From Eledone cirrhosa (Eukaryota): 64,000 nucleotides of DNA. A program made the position numbers and the translations under genes. This document shows positions 1 to 12,879 of the stretch, in pieces (the stretch's first letter is position 1; each line of letters opens with the position of its first letter). The DNA lies in assembly GCA_964016885.1 (NCBI GenBank), contig OZ024745.1, positions 17,484,001 through 17,548,000 of the forward strand, in the 5' to 3' direction. The notes under the pieces were generated by a model that worked only from the letters and a program-made list of their open reading frames with translations, ran no database searches and was not told where the DNA came from.

Positions 1-82
1 ATGTGTCTAACTGTGTATATATGTGTGGGTACGTCTATATATATGTATGTCTGAGTGTGTGTGTGGTTGTATATATACATGG

Positions 83-117
<35 letters not shown>

Positions 118-838
118 GGTGTATATATATATGTATGGGTATATGTTTTACTTATTTTTATGCGTGTGCATACAAACAGGTCAATATGCGTGAGTGTAAG
201 TATGTGTATGTGTGTGTGTATGAATGTACGTATCGAACGTATGGATGTGTAAATGTGCGTGTGTATATAAGCATGTATATTTTATGTCTCTCTTTTATCT
301 TTTATATTTTTTTATGTTTCTTTTGTGAGACATGCGTGTCTGTGTATGTATGTACCCCCCCCCCCCTTTTTGTCTTTTTTTGTCTTCTTTTCTTGAATTT
401 TTTCCTTCTATAAAAAATTTGTTATTTCTAATTTATTGATACATTTTTATAAGTATGTCGAGATTGACACTTTCCTTTAATTACTATACTCTCTTACCTC
501 TTTTACTTCCCAATCTAAATGTAAGTGTGTGTGGGCGTGTTTATGTGAGCGCCTCAATATTCATATACTTATGATGTATCTATTCCGTCTGTTGATTACA
601 GACATACAGATACATTAGCCCTAAATTTTATATTTACATACACTTTCACTATACGTATACATATGAACATACACATTTATGAACATCTGTGAGCGTATTT
701 ACATACATATATACACACCTAACTGTATTTTCTTGATAGATTTTTATGTATCCCATTCTCTATTTCATTGGTCTATTCAAAATCTGTTCCCAAACAGACC
801 TATTGTATTGAATTGTTGTTATTATCAATAAACAAGCA

Positions 839-979
839 TCATTATTTCTGAAGACAGCATATATATGTGAAGGTATGTATATTCCCTCTGATAGTTTGTA
901 TAATTTTGTACATAGATCTTTTGAATATGCATACCAATTCTAACACATATATGTCCTAGAAACGATCGTAAAATAATGA
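839..979 (+). ncRNA. Type I hammerhead ribozyme with long stem II
   Basis: tcattattt-CTGAAGA-[~105 nt rod: atatatgtg/cacatatat, ggtatgtatattc/gaatatgcatacc]-GAAA-cgatcg-TA-aaataatga. Stem I is 9 bp; stem III is the palindrome acgatcgt. Confidence 0.85.
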
Positions 980-1039
980 ACTTTTTTTGTTTAATATAAG
1001 GAACTGTTTCTTTGTTTATTCATTATTTTTTTAATAATT

Positions 1040-1320
<281 letters not shown>

Positions 1321-1430
1321 GTATTCCTCATGTGCGTTTTTCATAATCACGCATGATGGTGAACTAGCCAGTTTTAGAATTCCTTCCCTTTTTGGCTTAT
1401 AATTCTGTGAGAGCCCTGGTTATCTGCTGA

Positions 1431-1509
1431 GCTCTGCTGATGATGAATGCAAACCGTGACCATCTCCACTGAAAGTTTTCATGAAATAGTCTTTAAGACT
1501 ATACAGAGC
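1431..1509 (+). ncRNA. Type I hammerhead ribozyme in a ~400-bp (TA)n-bounded non-coding unit
   Basis: gctctg-CTGATGA-tgaa...ttca-t-GAAA-tagtc-tttaa-gacta-TA-cagagc. Stem I is 6 bp; stem III is near-palindromic. Confidence 0.85.
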
Positions 1510-1774
1510 ATTTGATGTTTTTCCAAATTGAAGGATAAGTATTTTAGACTTTATCTTATCATGAGTCAAGGGTCTATTTCACTAAATTTTGTGCATGAAT
1601 TTATATCCTGATTCTCTTTTGAGATAGGTTTGAGTTATTTTTTCCTACATCTTACCTTAACTATTTTTCTCATCTTGACGACATAGTCGCATATATGTTA
1701 TGAAATACTGTTAGCTTCTCGCTAAAACAATTTCTATACCTTTCATTTATATATATATATATAGAGAGAGGGAG

Positions 1775-1912
1775 AGTCCAGAAATAGCCGTCCAAACGGC
1801 TTGAGCTCTCCAGTCGGGGGTAAACATTTTTTCTATTACCCACTCTACTACCATAATTATTGAGTGCTCTGTTGCGTTATGGTCCATCTGGTTCCTTACC
1901 ACAGCTCCTTCG

Positions 1913-1913
<1 letters not shown>
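1775..1913 (+). mobile_element. Solo terminal fragment of the PLE pseudo-LTR family at 47100/49450
   Basis: Shares agccgtc.aaacggcttgagctct...tgcgttatggtccatctggttcctt with 49455-49590 and 37361-37495; ends at (TA)n. Confidence 0.75.
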
Positions 1914-1946
<33 letters not shown>

Positions 1947-2159
1947 ATAATAATGCTTTCTTTATTAACCACAAGGGTTTACATAAAGTAGACATTAAGG
2001 ACAGTACATGACAATAAAGGACAGTACAAATGGGAATTTCTACGTGTAAAAAGCAAAAACAGTAGGTGTAACAAAAAAAAAAAACAATGAAAAAAATTCC
2101 CCAATACGGGGGAGACTTCCGAGGGACATTCGTGGAGAAAGCCCATTAAAAAGCCACAG

Positions 2160-5100
2160 TGACCCTGACCACCAGGGCAAGTACCCTCTCCCAGTTTTTC
2201 ATCTTTAATTTACAGACACATACTCAGAGTAGGCCCATTCACTTGGGCCATTCTTGGCTCTCTCACTCATCTTTCAACAAAATGCTGGGAAGAGAGCACT
2301 TCCCTCTCTACTATGATTTTCCTTTTCAAATGAAATTTGAAAAAGTTAATCAGGGCATCACCGAAGAGGTAAATGCTCGTCTTCAACCCTTTCAAACGTG
2401 TCCACCATACTATCTCTTTCGTCATGGCCACCAGACAGATAAAAACTGCCTGCCCTTCCCGGCTAAAGGAAGAGGGCGGGGCAATCCTCACGATGGACTC
2501 AGCTAATAGCTAGATCCGTCCTACACACGACAGCAGGTGTTCGACATAAACCCACAAGTCAGCAATGCTTGGAGACTGGGCGAGTACGTGCAGGACGGTT
2601 TCGTCTCTATGCGCGCATCTCGGACATGCCCGTCTGACGGCACCTCCATACCTGTAGAGTTTATCCCGAACTGGCAAAGCTCCTCGGTAGCACTGCCAGG
2701 CCAGGGATTTCTGGAAGTTGTGCATAGGCCCCGGCCCAAAAGTTCTTCCGAAGAGATTGGCTAGTTTATTTTTGTCGACGCCTAGAGTTTCCCCAAGTAC
2801 TTCGTTGCTCTTCCCCTCCACTAATCCTCTATATAACGCCAAGGTGGAGTTTCCACCGATCACATTACCCGATTGGTCGAGCGCTGTGAGCGCCTGAAGA
2901 CATTCCAGTCTCCAAGCGCTCCCTCTCGGCCTTCGCTTGACCCAGGACTGCAGCTCCGTCAAGGAGACGAGCTGGGGAAAGACGCGTCTAGCAAACGGCG
3001 ACCACACCTGATCACCGTCGAGGAAGAGGTGGAGATGTCATAACCTGAGCGCGTGTCTACGCATCATCAGCCACGACATGCCCAGCCCTCCACGTAGTGG
3101 ATGTTGACAGCAGATGGGCTGTCTGACCATCGGAGCGCGTCCCTTCCACAAAAAGCGAAAGAGAAAACTCTCCAGTGCAGTCAGGTGGGTCTTAGGACAA
3201 GGTACGACGGTCAGGCGGTAGTAGATGACGGACGCGATGTACGCGTTAGCCACCTCCGCTCTACTTTTCAGGGATAGCTTCCTCTCCGCCCATTTCTGGG
3301 TGTGAGAAGCCACATTGCTCATCACCTCGTTCCAGTTTTTGTCCGCCTGGAGGTCCGGACCGAACCAGACGCCTAGCAATTTAACCGGTCCGTCCGTCCA
3401 GCGCCCGACGACGCTGTTGAACGGCATGGACCTGCCTCTGCAGGTGCCTTGCTGCAGGCCCACTGACTTTTCCTGGTTGATCATTGCTCCTGACAACGCG
3501 TCGTATTCTCTTAGTATAGTGCCGATCACCTCGATGCGTTTTGCGTTCGACACCACTAGAGTGACATCGTCCGCATATGCTGACACGGATCTTCCGCATC
3601 CTAGTTCGCGCAGAATACGCTCAACGTCTCCAGTTTGTGTAGTAATGGATCGAGAGTCAATACGTACAAGAGGGACGAGAGGAGACATCCTTGGCGAACC
3701 GAGAGCATGATGTTGAACGGTTCCGAAAGGTGACCGTTCACTCTAACCACAGAGCAGATGTCGCTGTGCATGGCAGCGATCCAGCCTCTGAAGACGGGTC
3801 CAAAGCCAGCCGCCCTCAGGACTGCCGCTAGGTATCGATGGTCGAACTATCGAAAGCTTTCGACTGATCTAAATTGATCAAGGACCCACCTGTGCCAGGC
3901 TCCCTAGCTACCCTCTCCACGATGTATGGCATGAAATGGAGGTTGTCGTGGATGGATCTGTCGGGAATGGCGCATGTCTGCGCCTCTCTCACCTGACCAC
4001 CAACGACAAGCGCCAACCTCTTTACTAGCACCTTGGCCAAAATCTTGAACTCTGTGTTTAGAAGAGTTATGGGCCTGAAATTATCTATGTTATCGCCCTT
4101 GCTCGGATCCTTTCTCAGCAGCGCCAGCGCTCCTCGGCTCACAGAGCTGGGAATTCTTCCGTTCTGTTTCCAGTTGCAGTAGACGTCCACCAAGAGGCCT
4201 CCGAACAAATCTGGCATCTGTACGTAAAGTTCATAGGGCAGACCATCCAAACCAGGCGATTTACCCCTTGTGCAGCCAGTCATTGCCTCCCGTACTTCAG
4301 CAGCTGTTATTGGCTTTTCGCAATACTCCACTTCAGTGGCCGAGAGCCGTGGCAGTCCGTTGAGTTAGACACTAAAGTCCATCCCTCGATCCGGCCCGCC
4401 GCTGCCCCCGAACAGCTGAGCGAAGTGTCGCTTAAAAGCTTCACACATTTGCCCGGGATTGAGTAGCATGCGCCCGTCGTGGTCCACCAAAGACCGGCTC
4501 GTGGCTTTGTTGCCACGACGCGCCTCCGTACTCGGGCCCATTGAACGCTTTCGTCCCCTAGTGTCTGAGAGCAAGCACCCTAGCTCTGACAACGCACCCT
4601 TCGTGCTTTGCATTGAAGAATTGGTCAAGGGCCAATTTCGCCGGAAGTACGTCGGTCGCGATGCCTTTGCTAAGCGCCTCGTCTAATTTTCTAACTAGTT
4701 CTCCCTCTGCTCTATTTTTCTCTATAGCTAAAGCCTTACTAAACCTAATGGATTCTATTCTAATCGCTCTTTTCAGAGCAAACCACCACTTGTTGTTGAC
4801 GATGCCCCACATCAACGCCCACTTAACTAGTTTGCTAATCCGGTCTATCTAGGCCTTGCGCACTGGTAAGGATGCCTTTAGCTTCCAGTAGCCGGGTCCT
4901 CGTCTATGAAGCCTATCTAAGTCAAGCACACATATCACGAATTTGTGGTCCGTGTAACTGACTATCTTGAATTGTGGACAGCCTATGCTAGACCTATCTA
5001 TTTCCCTACAAAATACTCTATCTAGATATGATCTGGATGACCCGATGGGTTTGTTCAAGTCCACATTGGCACATTCGGGAAATCCAATCGGTACCTGTCA

Positions 5101-5620
5101 GACAGTTCAAATCGCCTGAGCATGTTGGTGAGGCTCTTGCACCCTCCTCCCCTATCCACTAATCCCGCACAGTCCCAGCGTGCATCTAAGATCCAGTTCC
5201 AATCGCCCATTAACACTAAAGAGCGGGACGTTCCTAGAAAGGTCTCCAGACGCCGGAAGAAATCAGGCCGCCCTGCTCCTGTCGGGGCATAGACGGCCAC
5301 TAGCCTGAAAGCTTGCCCGTCTCCGCTGGTCACGTCCAACACCACCAACTTACCTTCTGGGTCCAGGAAGAAGGCCTGTATGGCAAGATCCAAACCTCTC
5401 CGAAAAAGCACAGCAACTCTTCCCCCCGATCCAGGAATTTTGGGAGATTCGTACACATCGTAGCCACCGAAGATCGGTGCGAAGGTCCGTGCTTCGGAGA
5501 TTCCGGTCTCGCTGATGGCCACTACATCTATATTTAGTGACCTGAGGTCGTTGAGCAGGTGGCCCTACTTCTATGACGACCCCAAACCACGTGCTGCCTA
5601 TTCTGAGTGAGATCATGTTG
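2160..5620 (-). pseudogene. Tx1/L1 ORF2 (APE endonuclease-RT-CCHC), broken by frameshifts and stops
   Basis: Motifs ISET, LVAVYAP, VLMGDWN, YLDRVF, YTDHKFV, GPGYWKL, KSPGLDGLPYELY, NFRPITLLNTEFKILAK, LDQSKAFD, SAYADDVT and CPRC..ETVLH are spread over at least 7 ORF fragments. Confidence 0.93.
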
Positions 5621-5650
5621 AAATGGAGTGGAAAAGATGGAAAAGACCAC

Positions 5651-7514
5651 TTACCTTACTTCTCGTAGAGGAAGGATGGTTTCTACATCCTTTTCACTGC
5701 TTGTGGCCTCCTCCGGAAGGATTTCCTTATAAATCATCCTGGAGAGTGCTTTTCGGAAGTCTCCGATGTCTTTGGGGAATTTTTGTTTTAGTGTCGTGTA
5801 CGTTTTCTGTGGGATGCGAGTGATTTGTATGTGTGGATGTGGTGTAAACTTTTGGATTGGTGTGCAGTCTTTTTCTGTGATGCTGGTGATATGTTGGATG
5901 TAGTGTAATAGTTGGTTGTTCAAATTTAATGCTGTGTAGTGTGTATCGTTTTGGTTGTTTTGTTTTGTTTGTTGTGGATTTATGTCTGTTTCGCTTTTTG
6001 GTGACTTTTGGTGTTGGGGTTAATGATGGTGATGGGGTTGCTGATGCTGGTGTGGATGGTGGCATAGCTGGCCTAACTTTTTTTGTTTGATAGTTTATTT
6101 GTTTCCTTCTGTATTTTGTTTTTGGAGGGGGAAGGAAGAGGATTTTTTTCTTTTTTGGCCTCTTTTTCTTTTTTCTTTTTTCCTGATACCGTTTCCCACT
6201 CCTCGTCATCACAATCTGTCTCCAGTTGCGATAGGTCGGGGATTAGAAAATCCTCCACAGGCGTTTCATTTGGTTGTGACGTGGTGGATGGTGTAGGCGC
6301 TGGTGCTAGTTCTGGCGCGTTGGGTGGTGATGGTGTTGGTTTTGCTACTGTTGCTGGGGTTGCTGCTGCTACAGTTGCTCCTGTTGTTGCTGCTACACTT
6401 GTTGCTGCCATTTCTGCTGCTGGGTGTGTTGACGGTTGAGTCACCGGGGTGGGTAAGAGAGGAGGCTTCAACTTTTTAGCCTAGTTCCTTCACCACAAAC
6501 GACACACCTAACCTTTTGCCCTCGACGAATACGGTGAGGTGTCTGCCGTGAGTGAGGTCTATTACCTCTGGGATCTCCTCAATGCTTTTTTGTTCCACTT
6601 GGATCAGGAGCTCCATCCCAGATCCGGACCAGTTCTCATGCTTTTCTTTTGCCATTTCTATTATTTTGGTGTTGGCCTCGATGCCGGCGAGGACGGCAGC
6701 CATTAGCCAGGGAATTTTGATGGCCGGTGGAACGTGCGTCACCCTGATCTTTACGAGTCTCTGGCCACAATAGCTTGGGACGTGTGTGAAATCGTCGCTT
6801 CTTAATGTGGCCATAGAGTGCTGTCTGGCCTCCTGCGGTGTTCCAAAGTACACGTCCACGGTTCCATATTTCTGCCCACGTCTGATGTGTGGTTTTTTCG
6901 CCCACACATGTCCCAAAGCTTTTGGGATTTGGGACTCGGATGCCCGTTCCACTCGGCGCGAGTTTATGTTAATCGTCCGATAAGACACGGTACATAGATG
7001 CCGATGCTCCATTTTATTTGATGAGGGGGGGGGAGGCTGACTCTGTACCCATCTTTCTTTACCATTCTCTTGGCTTCATCTAATTCCTCCTGAGTTACCT
7101 GGATTGTTTCGCATTTTTTGGCTGCCTTCGCAGATGACACGATATTATTCTCATTGTTGTTGTTGCTGTCATTGTTATTGTTATTTTTGTTATTGTTATT
7201 TTAGTTTCAATTGTGGTGGTGGTGGCGTCAGTGGTGTTCGGTATAGAAGAGTCCATTCTGGGTGAATCCATTTCGATGTCACGAGATAATTTCTTTCTTT
7301 CTTTTGTTTCTGTTGTCGCTGTGGTGGTGGTGGGGATGGCAGCTTCAACACCTGCAGTCATTGGTAATGGCGGGAAATGAATGTCTGCATGAGACACATT
7401 TAAATTATTGCTACTGCTTATATTTTTAGTGCTGGCAAACGTAGTAATAGTCACAATGGTGGTGTCGGCTTGAGGTTTTAGTTTGTGAGGAAGATGTGAC
7501 TGTGAATCGTCCAT
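5651..7514 (-). pseudogene. Tx1/L1 ORF1 (gag-like), fragmented
   Basis: Lies upstream of ORF2 on the same strand. A globular segment at 6476-7012 ends in a degenerate CxxC knuckle, followed by a Pro/Ala/Thr-rich linker and EEWETVSGKKKK typical of L1/Tx1 ORF1. Confidence 0.7.
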
Positions 7515-7730
7515 GATTTTTTTTCAAATACATTTTTTGTTTGATAATTATAATAGTTTAAATTTTGGGCTCAAGGCCCCAATATTTTTGAGTGTCCTTT
7601 TCCGAAAGCAAATTTTGTGACCTTATAAACATTTAACAACAAACATTTTCCATAAATGGCAATTTTAAACAAACGTAAACAACAAACCTTTGCGGAGCTC
7701 ACGATCATACGATTTCCTACGTAGGTCGCC

Positions 7731-7791
<61 letters not shown>

Positions 7792-8605
7792 GGAGAAATA
7801 CAAAAGATAGTACTAATGGGAACTGCCCATATACTACGGAAGATTCTATCAATATAAGTACATCACAACTCTAAACACCTAAAGATGCATATGAGTGTAT
7901 GTATGTTCTTTCTTGAACATGGCGGACCTTGTTGTCTCTTGATGTCACTGGTTGTGACTTGGTGATAACTCGTATGAACATAAACCAAGATAAATGCAAC
8001 TATAATAATAATAATAATAATAATAATAGTAATAATAATAAATTTGAAGACTAAAATCCAAAGAGGGCTCGACGATAAGGATAAATATATATCAAATATA
8101 TAAGAACCGTAGATCAAATATTTATTAAAATATATAGTTTTTAAAAAGAAATTATATTAAAGATATTTTCTCATTTTACTTTGAGTTTCTTGGATTCAAA
8201 TTTGTCCCGTGACTGGAAATATTTATTTGTACAGGACAAAGAGTATATGGCAAACAAAATTGATACGGCTAACACAATAAACTAGATAGGCATGGCCATA
8301 TGATGTCCTATCTATGCTTGGAATTATACAAAACGACACATACAAGCATACATAGAAACAACTATATACAATTATAAATAACGGCATATAAAGGATATCA
8401 TTACATCAACACGTAAAAGTCAATAAAACAACATGTAAATACCGTAGATTTAGCGTAGCTCTTCTCCCAAAGGTGGACGTCAGGCTAGACAATAGGTAAA
8501 ACATACAATAAGATTAGTTGTGCTAAATAGTAACATGTTCTCCAGTCGTTTTAACGATTTATTCTAGAAGCTTTCGAATCTTGATATATTTCGAGTAGTA
8601 AATAA

Positions 8606-8822
8606 TGATTTCTACTATAGGCACAGGTTTAGGAATTTGAGGTGAGGGGAAAGTAGATGTATTCGACCCTAGTGCATTACTGGTACTTTATTCTATCAGC
8701 CCCATAAGGAGGAAAGAGAACGGTAACCTAGACGTGATTTGAACTCAGAACATAAAGTGCTGTAACTCTATGCCCCAATGCATGTGTCCGACGCTCTACT
8801 GATACTGCCAATCCACCACCCA
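8606..8822 (-). mobile_element. tRNA-derived SINE, diverged copy
   Basis: Reverse complement matches 30911-31097 (ggtggattggcagtatc...ctgagttcaaat...aaagtaccagtaatgcact...tgtgccta). Confidence 0.8.
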
Positions 8823-11144
8823 TTCAAGTAGTAAAAAGTAAGCATTGAATTGAAGATTTTACAGTATATCTATATAAATTACTTCTGCTGAAAAACTATG
8901 ATGAACAGGTTTCATCGCATTCATTGGACGGAGTGCATATCACAATAAAAATTCCTTAAACCAAACGGAGTGTATATCAGAATAACAAATACATTAAACC
9001 AAACGCGAAGGAGCATCGGACAAAAGAACCCCCTGTGTTTATGTAGATTAGTTTGTGTTAGGAGACCAAATTCCACTAAAATCAACTTTGGCGTTCATTC
9101 TCCTCTCTTCGATAACTTAATAATTCTAAACAATGCATTTTAATTGCTATACTGTACTACATTCCTCCAGTAAATGTTGAACATCCGAGACAATTTTAAC
9201 TTCTGTGTGGTTAATTATCTTTGACATTGTTTCTAATTCATATGAAGTAAAATTATGATGGTTGTTGTCATCGACTAAAATAAATAGTGATATGAATATC
9301 GCTTGCAATACGCCCAACCGCATATAAAGGACTTATAAATATGTTCAAATATGTTAGAAGAAAATAATATGCAAGACTTTATGGACACTTAAATAGTGCT
9401 GTAATTAATTACTGTGTGTATCTCGAAGATTGTGGGTCAATCTCGTGATAACATCCTCCACGAAAACACCGAAGCATTATAATCAATAGAAGGAAAAAGT
9501 AATTCTTGAGTACTTCGAGCACGTAGAAAATTACTATGGTTGCACCTTCTGTACACTGTTGTGATTAAATGATTCAATATTCCTTAATGAAGCCGTAGGA
9601 ATATCTATTTCATGTACTCTGGGATTATGTATTATTATGAAATAGATATTACCTATATATTTACAATCAATTACGCATTGTATTTTACCATTTACTAATA
9701 TATTTCTGTCTTTGTGTAGAGTGTTGCTTAAGAAATCTAAAACGGTCCCAACCAAAATCAAGTGAAAATTATTTAAATAAATTTCGTCGGCGAAACAAAT
9801 ACTAATACTATGTTATTGTATGAAGAGACGGGATTCCTAAGGTTTTGAGAACAGAATTAATATAGCTTTAAAAATATTATAACAGACTTATAATATCGTG
9901 TCTTCAGTCAGGTCGTAACAGTTGAATTGCACCAATCAACTGACAGTATTAATACGAAAGTATAACCTATATTTCAAATTATTGAAAAGTGAAGGCAGGA
10001 ATTAGTTTACTCCGATCGTAAAATTAAATATATGGATATTATATAAAGTAGGCATAATGTGTAATGATAGACACTCTCATCAACAATATTTAAGATGTTG
10101 AACACAATGCTGCTTTGTAAATCCTTCCATAATAATTGAATCCGAGAAAACCGTAACTATGATCTGATCTAATTACTTTTTCACTCAACGCAATGAATTT
10201 CTTTCAATAAAACTAAGAACAAACTTGTTCATTAAGTTTATATTACAGAATATATCGTATACCTACATTTCGCAAGGAACACTCCAATTGGAAGAAGCGA
10301 TTGCAGTATATATATATGAATGCTTTATCGATAGAACCTTTGTTAATTTTGACAATGAGGATGCAATTGTTCGGATAATTTAAATTCTAAAATATGAATT
10401 TATGTCTATTTTGTTGCGTATTAGTTTGGTACATGTAACCATAACATAATTACAAATCAAAATATGTTTCACATAATATGTGACGAAAATGGATATTTGA
10501 ATTACAGATACAATATGTGCTTCTACTCAATTCTGCCTCCCTTTATGTCACCAGCAAATCTTTATTAACTTGGGGCTAGCGCAAAATCACTGTATAAGTG
10601 ATCCCGCAGTGTAATCAATAAAATATTGTTGGTCAACTAGCAGAGAGCAAAAGAGAACCTCGGACAGAAATATGACACTATCCTCTTTAAATAAGTATGT
10701 AAATACTAATAATTCTTCTTCTCCATTTTGTTATTATTCGTATAAATATGCAATTTAACTGCACTTTACACTTCCATCGTAACTAAAGCATACAATGCTG
10801 AAACCGGTGCCACTATTAAATGCGGAAATCCCCACTTTATAAAGAAATGTTTTGATATTATATTGACAAAAACCCTTCACTATTTTCTAGGGTATATTTT
10901 TTATTTTTACAATGTTTATATATATCAACACGTGTGTCACTTTTCTACATTCCATATATATATATATATAGAGATATAGATAGGTAAATATACACGGGTG
11001 TGTATGATTGTGTATAGAAGATTATATTAATAAGAGGAATTCCAACTTTGTCTGATTTACTCGTTTTATTTACAATCCTTTAAAATATATATAATGGTAT
11101 TATAATGAAATAGTATGATAGAATATTAAATTCTAAGTGTTAAT

Positions 11145-11183
11145 TGAACAAGTACTTTCATGCTTTCGCAATCTTCAGGTTCA
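11145..11183 (-). ncRNA. Minimal type I hammerhead ribozyme in PLE pLTR, intact
   Basis: Reverse complement: tgaac-CTGAAGA-t-tgc-gaaa-gca-t-GAAA-gtac-TT-gttca; palindrome aagtactt. Confidence 0.8.
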
Positions 11184-11189
11184 TGATAT

Positions 11190-12269
11190 GTGGTGACAGT
11201 CGAGTTTGCAATTGATGACCAAATTGAAGTTGAAATTTCAAAGCTAACGACTGGTATTATAGCTGAAAAACTACGAGAACTATGGATCGGATATATCTCA
11301 AAAGAAGAAAACAAATCAAGAAAGGTATGGCAGCAGAAACAATTATTTCTCGATGAATATGCTGCAAATTACGGTAAATACTCTGGAACCCTGAGAAAAA
11401 GCATTAAAAGTGGACAATCTCACCAACACAACATACGCCAGAACACGTGCCAACACAAACACTCACCTTACCTTGAATCAAAGAAGAACTACGGTAATAA
11501 TTCTTCGCTTTTTCTACAAAAACACCCTATCGCACACAACTTGAACAAAAAGCACAAACACGATAGGTATTCCTTTGACCAGACCATGAGAAGTAGTAAA
11601 ACCAGGAGATCATTCTCAAGATCTCAACAGAGACTACCAATAAGGAATGTGGAAACAAAACGTAGAATAACCAGATCACTCTCAAGATCTCAACAGAGAT
11701 TGCCCACAAGAAACTGGACGAAAAATCGATCTAAACCTGAAAGCAAACCTAGGTCATTTTCCCAGATTGTTAAAAATAATGCTAACAGGAAGAAAAATTA
11801 TATACAGAATACCAAAAATAGGACAAAATACATAACGAAACCAAAGTTTGACCTTAACAACAAAGACCAATCATTCACTGTATCTAAATGCAATGATAAT
11901 CGATGCGGCACATGTCAATCCATACACGCCGGTCAATATATGAAAACAAAAACTGGAAAAATATTCCCAAATGCAAATATGAACTACAAAAGCAGAAATC
12001 TAATTTACTGCATTAAATGCCCGAATTGTGAAGAACTATATGTCGGTCAAACTGGAAATGCACTATCGGAACGTGCACGGGTACACCGTCAACAAATCAG
12101 AGACCCAAATGTCCGTCAGATACCCCTAAGCGGCCACCTGGCAACATGTGGTCAGGGAATATTTATAATATTCCCATTCTACAAATTACACAGCCCAAGT
12201 GAAATCAAGAGAAAAATCAAAGAAAAGAATTTTATTAATAAATTCAAACCCAAGCTAAATGAACAATAA
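11190..12269 (+). CDS. RT-less PLE derivative: basic N-terminal region fused in frame to GIY-YIG endonuclease
   Basis: The N-terminal part matches the 13208 ORF. After ...YITKPK it continues as FDLNNKDQ...CNDNRCGTC...NLIYCIKCPNCEELYVGQTG...HRQQIR, matching the C-terminus of the 14264-15712 ORF. Confidence 0.75.
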   Translation: MVTVEFAIDDQIEVEISKLTTGIIAEKLRELWIGYISKEENKSRKVWQQKQLFLDEYAANYGKYSGTLRKSIKSGQSHQHNIRQNTCQHKHSPYLESKKNYGNNSSLFLQKHPIAHNLNKKHKHDRYSFDQTMRSSKTRRSFSRSQQRLPIRNVETKRRITRSLSRSQQRLPTRNWTKNRSKPESKPRSFSQIVKNNANRKKNYIQNTKNRTKYITKPKFDLNNKDQSFTVSKCNDNRCGTCQSIHAGQYMKTKTGKIFPNANMNYKSRNLIYCIKCPNCEELYVGQTGNALSERARVHRQQIRDPNVRQIPLSGHLATCGQGIFIIFPFYKLHSPSEIKRKIKEKNFINKFKPKLNEQ

Positions 12270-12316
12270 TAACGCCTAGGGGTATTACTTCTACTACCAC
12301 TTTGACCACGACCACT

Positions 12317-12348
<32 letters not shown>

Positions 12349-12658
12349 CGATAATAATAATAATAAAAGTGATGTTGATGGTGATGATTAATAGAAAATG
12401 CTATTTTCATCATTTCAAAAAGCAAAACAATTGATACGTTGGATATGACTATTGGTCGTTAGCATGCTCAACCAGCCGTGACGCTTAAACCAATCAGCTG
12501 TAGTAATTCAGTGAAACTACACACTGATTGGTCGAAATACAGTTTACAGGGCTTTGCATTCTGGAGCCACTATTCTCTGTATAAAATGTATAAAAGGTAG
12601 GAAATTTACCCATCTCATTACAGTTGAAAATCGCAAACTCGACTGTCACCACATATCA

Positions 12659-12697
12659 TGAACCTGAAGATTGCGAAAGCATGAACGTACTTGTTCA
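12659..12697 (+). ncRNA. Hammerhead ribozyme in PLE pLTR, A15.1C variant
   Basis: tgaac-CTGAAGA-ttgcgaaagcat-GAAC-gtac-TT-gttca; differs from 11145-11183 only in GAAA>GAAC. Confidence 0.7.
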
Positions 12698-12879
12698 ATT
12701 AACACTTAGAATTTAATATTCTATCATACTATTTCATTATAATACCATTATATATATTTTAAAGGATTGTAAATAAAACGAGTAAATCAGACAAAGTTGG
12801 AATTCCTCTTATTAATATAATCTTCTATACGCAATCATACACACCCGTGTATATTTACCTATCTATATCTATATATATA

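Larger units (their letters stand above)
1942..7730 (-). mobile_element. Full-length, decayed Tx1/L1-clade non-LTR retrotransposon
   Basis: Minus-strand ORF1 then ORF2 (APE endonuclease, RT, zf-RVT). AATAAA followed by (ATT)n at the 3' end near 1942-1966; (AAT)n run immediately beyond the 5' end at 7731. Confidence 0.9.

Noticed and set aside
8830-10950. Host exons in unique AT-rich stretches (also 18.4-21.9, 34-37 and 51.8-53.8 kb)
   Set aside because: No recognisable domains or convincing ORFs; small exons cannot be excluded without transcript data.
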